Assembly (NCBI RefSeq): GCF_035084215.1
Contig: NC_090327.1
Location: 7,936,001 to 8,000,000 of the forward strand
Source of the DNA: Heptranchias perlo
Taxonomy: Eukaryota
Length of the DNA stretch: 64,000 nucleotides
Direction of reading: 5' to 3'
Within the stretch, counting starts at the first letter, position 1; every line of letters begins with the position of its first letter. Below the pieces are notes generated by a model, which saw nothing but the letters and a program-made list of their open reading frames with translations, ran no database searches and was not told the origin of the DNA. A program made the position numbers and the translations under genes. Shown here piece after piece: positions 62,336 through 64,000 of this stretch.

Positions 62336-63762
62336 GGTCCTCAGACTTGCCCGTCCCTCTATGCACAGGTGGCCAAAGATCTGGAGTGGTGTCCTGAATT
62401 GGTGCCGGAAGTTGAGGAGCAGCCCTTCCAAATAGTGGGCTCTGACAATTATTGTGGTATTTTATCTGTGCAAATTTCTTCCCTTCCCTCTATATCTCTC
62501 ACATACGTCTCATGTTCCTTTACCCATGCGCTCAATTCTTATCTCGTATTTTTAAAATCCAAAGATACACAGTAGCAGGGTGATAGGCAACATGTACCAT
62601 GATTGAGGTAGACGTTAGGATGAAGCAGTGAAGAAGTTGCCTGGAAGGTGATGAAGCACGTACAAGTGAAAGAGAAAGTTGCGATCGGTAAGGGGGATTG
62701 CCAGCCAAGAATACCCTGGGCAGTAGAGTCTGAAATCTTGCTGTACCCACGACATACTCATATGATGCATTTTGTTATGGTGTCTATCACGCTAAACAAA
62801 TCTTATTGTTTCTGGCCGAGGGTACGTAGGAAGATGTGAGGCAATATATACCAAGTTGACGGTGCAGGTAAGGAGGTATCACAAAAGTGCTACAACATAA
62901 GGTGGTGAGGCTGAGCAACTGCAGCCAAGAGAAACCAAAGGGCTGGGAGCAAAAGAGGTGGAGACCTGAACCTCAAAGTAATTGTGGTGCTGGGCTCTGG
63001 AATGATCTGTAGAATTGCAGTCTCAGCACTTAGACTGGGTTAGGGAGCCAAAATGCACTCGGGGCAGCCAGAGAAGCATCTGGAGCAGGTAAACAGACTT
63101 GACGAGCAAGTGTAGGAGACCTTTGCAGGCTGGTCCATTACTGTGAAATGCCTTGGGACGTTTTACTACGTTAAAAGGCACTACATCAACGCAAGTTGTT
63201 GTTCTCAAACCCCCCCCCACACCAGTTACTCCTACCCGAATCCTCCCTCTCATGCTGGTTTTCTCAACTAGTTATAAAAAGTAAATACTAAAAATATCTT
63301 ATGGCTGCTTTGAATCAACCACAAACAGGACATATAGAGAACGTTTTAATGAATCATCCACTTTACTCTGAATATCTCAAAACAATAGCGGTCACTTAAA
63401 ACGTGTTTAGCAAAAGCATTTATGCCACTTCATACAATATGTAATAGACCTATACAAAGTCACATTTCAGCTGATAATTCAGTACACATATATGCCACGA
63501 AGATTGCCCACACAACTTATGGATCCCCAAAATTTCTTAGTCTAAAAAGACTGCAAAATACTGTAACTGCAAGTGAAGCACGCGAATGCAAATGCTGGGG
63601 GGGTGGAAAAGAAAAAAAAAAAATCAGGGAATGTTTGCTAAACAAGCTTTTTGTTTTAATTTCCAACACCTGGAATTAAATGTAAACTTTAAACAGCTTC
63701 CATAAGCTGAAGTACCTTGCACAACCAAAATAATTGAAGTAAACAAGAAATTGAGAGCTTAC

Positions 63763-63957
63763 CGCTGATATTGAGATCATAATCTCCTGCTGTAATCACA
63801 TTAGCAACCAATCCTTCTGCAGGTTGACTGGCAGAAACCACCTCACTTAACAGCTTCCGAATGGCAGTCTGTTGTGGCGGTTGGGTAACAATGCTGGTAA
63901 CACTGATCCTCAGATTTTTAATAACATGGCTCTGGTTGTTAGGATCTCGCATATGAA
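63763..63957 (-). CDS. TRAPPC8: TRAPPC8 coding exon 2 (195 nt)
   Basis: tttttgtctag / (V)HMRDPNNQSHVIKNLRISVTSIVTQPPQQTAIRKLLSEVVSASQPAEGLVANVITAGDYDLNIS+G / GTAAGC. Confidence 0.97.
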
Positions 63958-64000
63958 CTAGACAAAAAGAAAAGCAGCAAAAATCACTAAACAGATTTAA

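Noticed and set aside
1-64000. CRISPR array, rRNA or operon-like structure
   Set aside because: No regularly spaced repeat-spacer units or rRNA-like sequence; the window is eukaryotic exon-intron DNA.

Overview
Vertebrate nuclear DNA; the repeat content (CR1 and L2 LINEs, Deu-domain SINEs, LF-SINE-like copies, Penelope-like elements) suggests a cartilaginous fish, probably a shark. The whole window lies inside one minus-strand gene, TRAPPC8 (TRAPPIII subunit, Trs85 homolog). Eight coding exons, numbered 2-9 by analogy to the human gene, join into one continuous reading frame with consistent splice phases. The introns are filled with mostly decayed transposons, and nearly all ORFs in the supplied track are repeat-derived or spurious. 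Most notable: (1) an in-frame 84-nt candidate exon in the 37-kb intron 2 that looks like a diverged duplicate of exon 3; (2) a U12 (minor spliceosome) intron directly after exon 3; (3) a 280-bp insertion with a 12-bp TSD made of a perfect 242-bp palindrome carrying a minimal hammerhead ribozyme motif in each arm (Penelope-like inverted pLTR); (4) a full-length fossil Buster-type hAT transposon; (5) an L2 insertion flanked by an unusually long (~145-bp) duplication. Repeat boundaries are approximate and family names come from motif recognition, not database searches.
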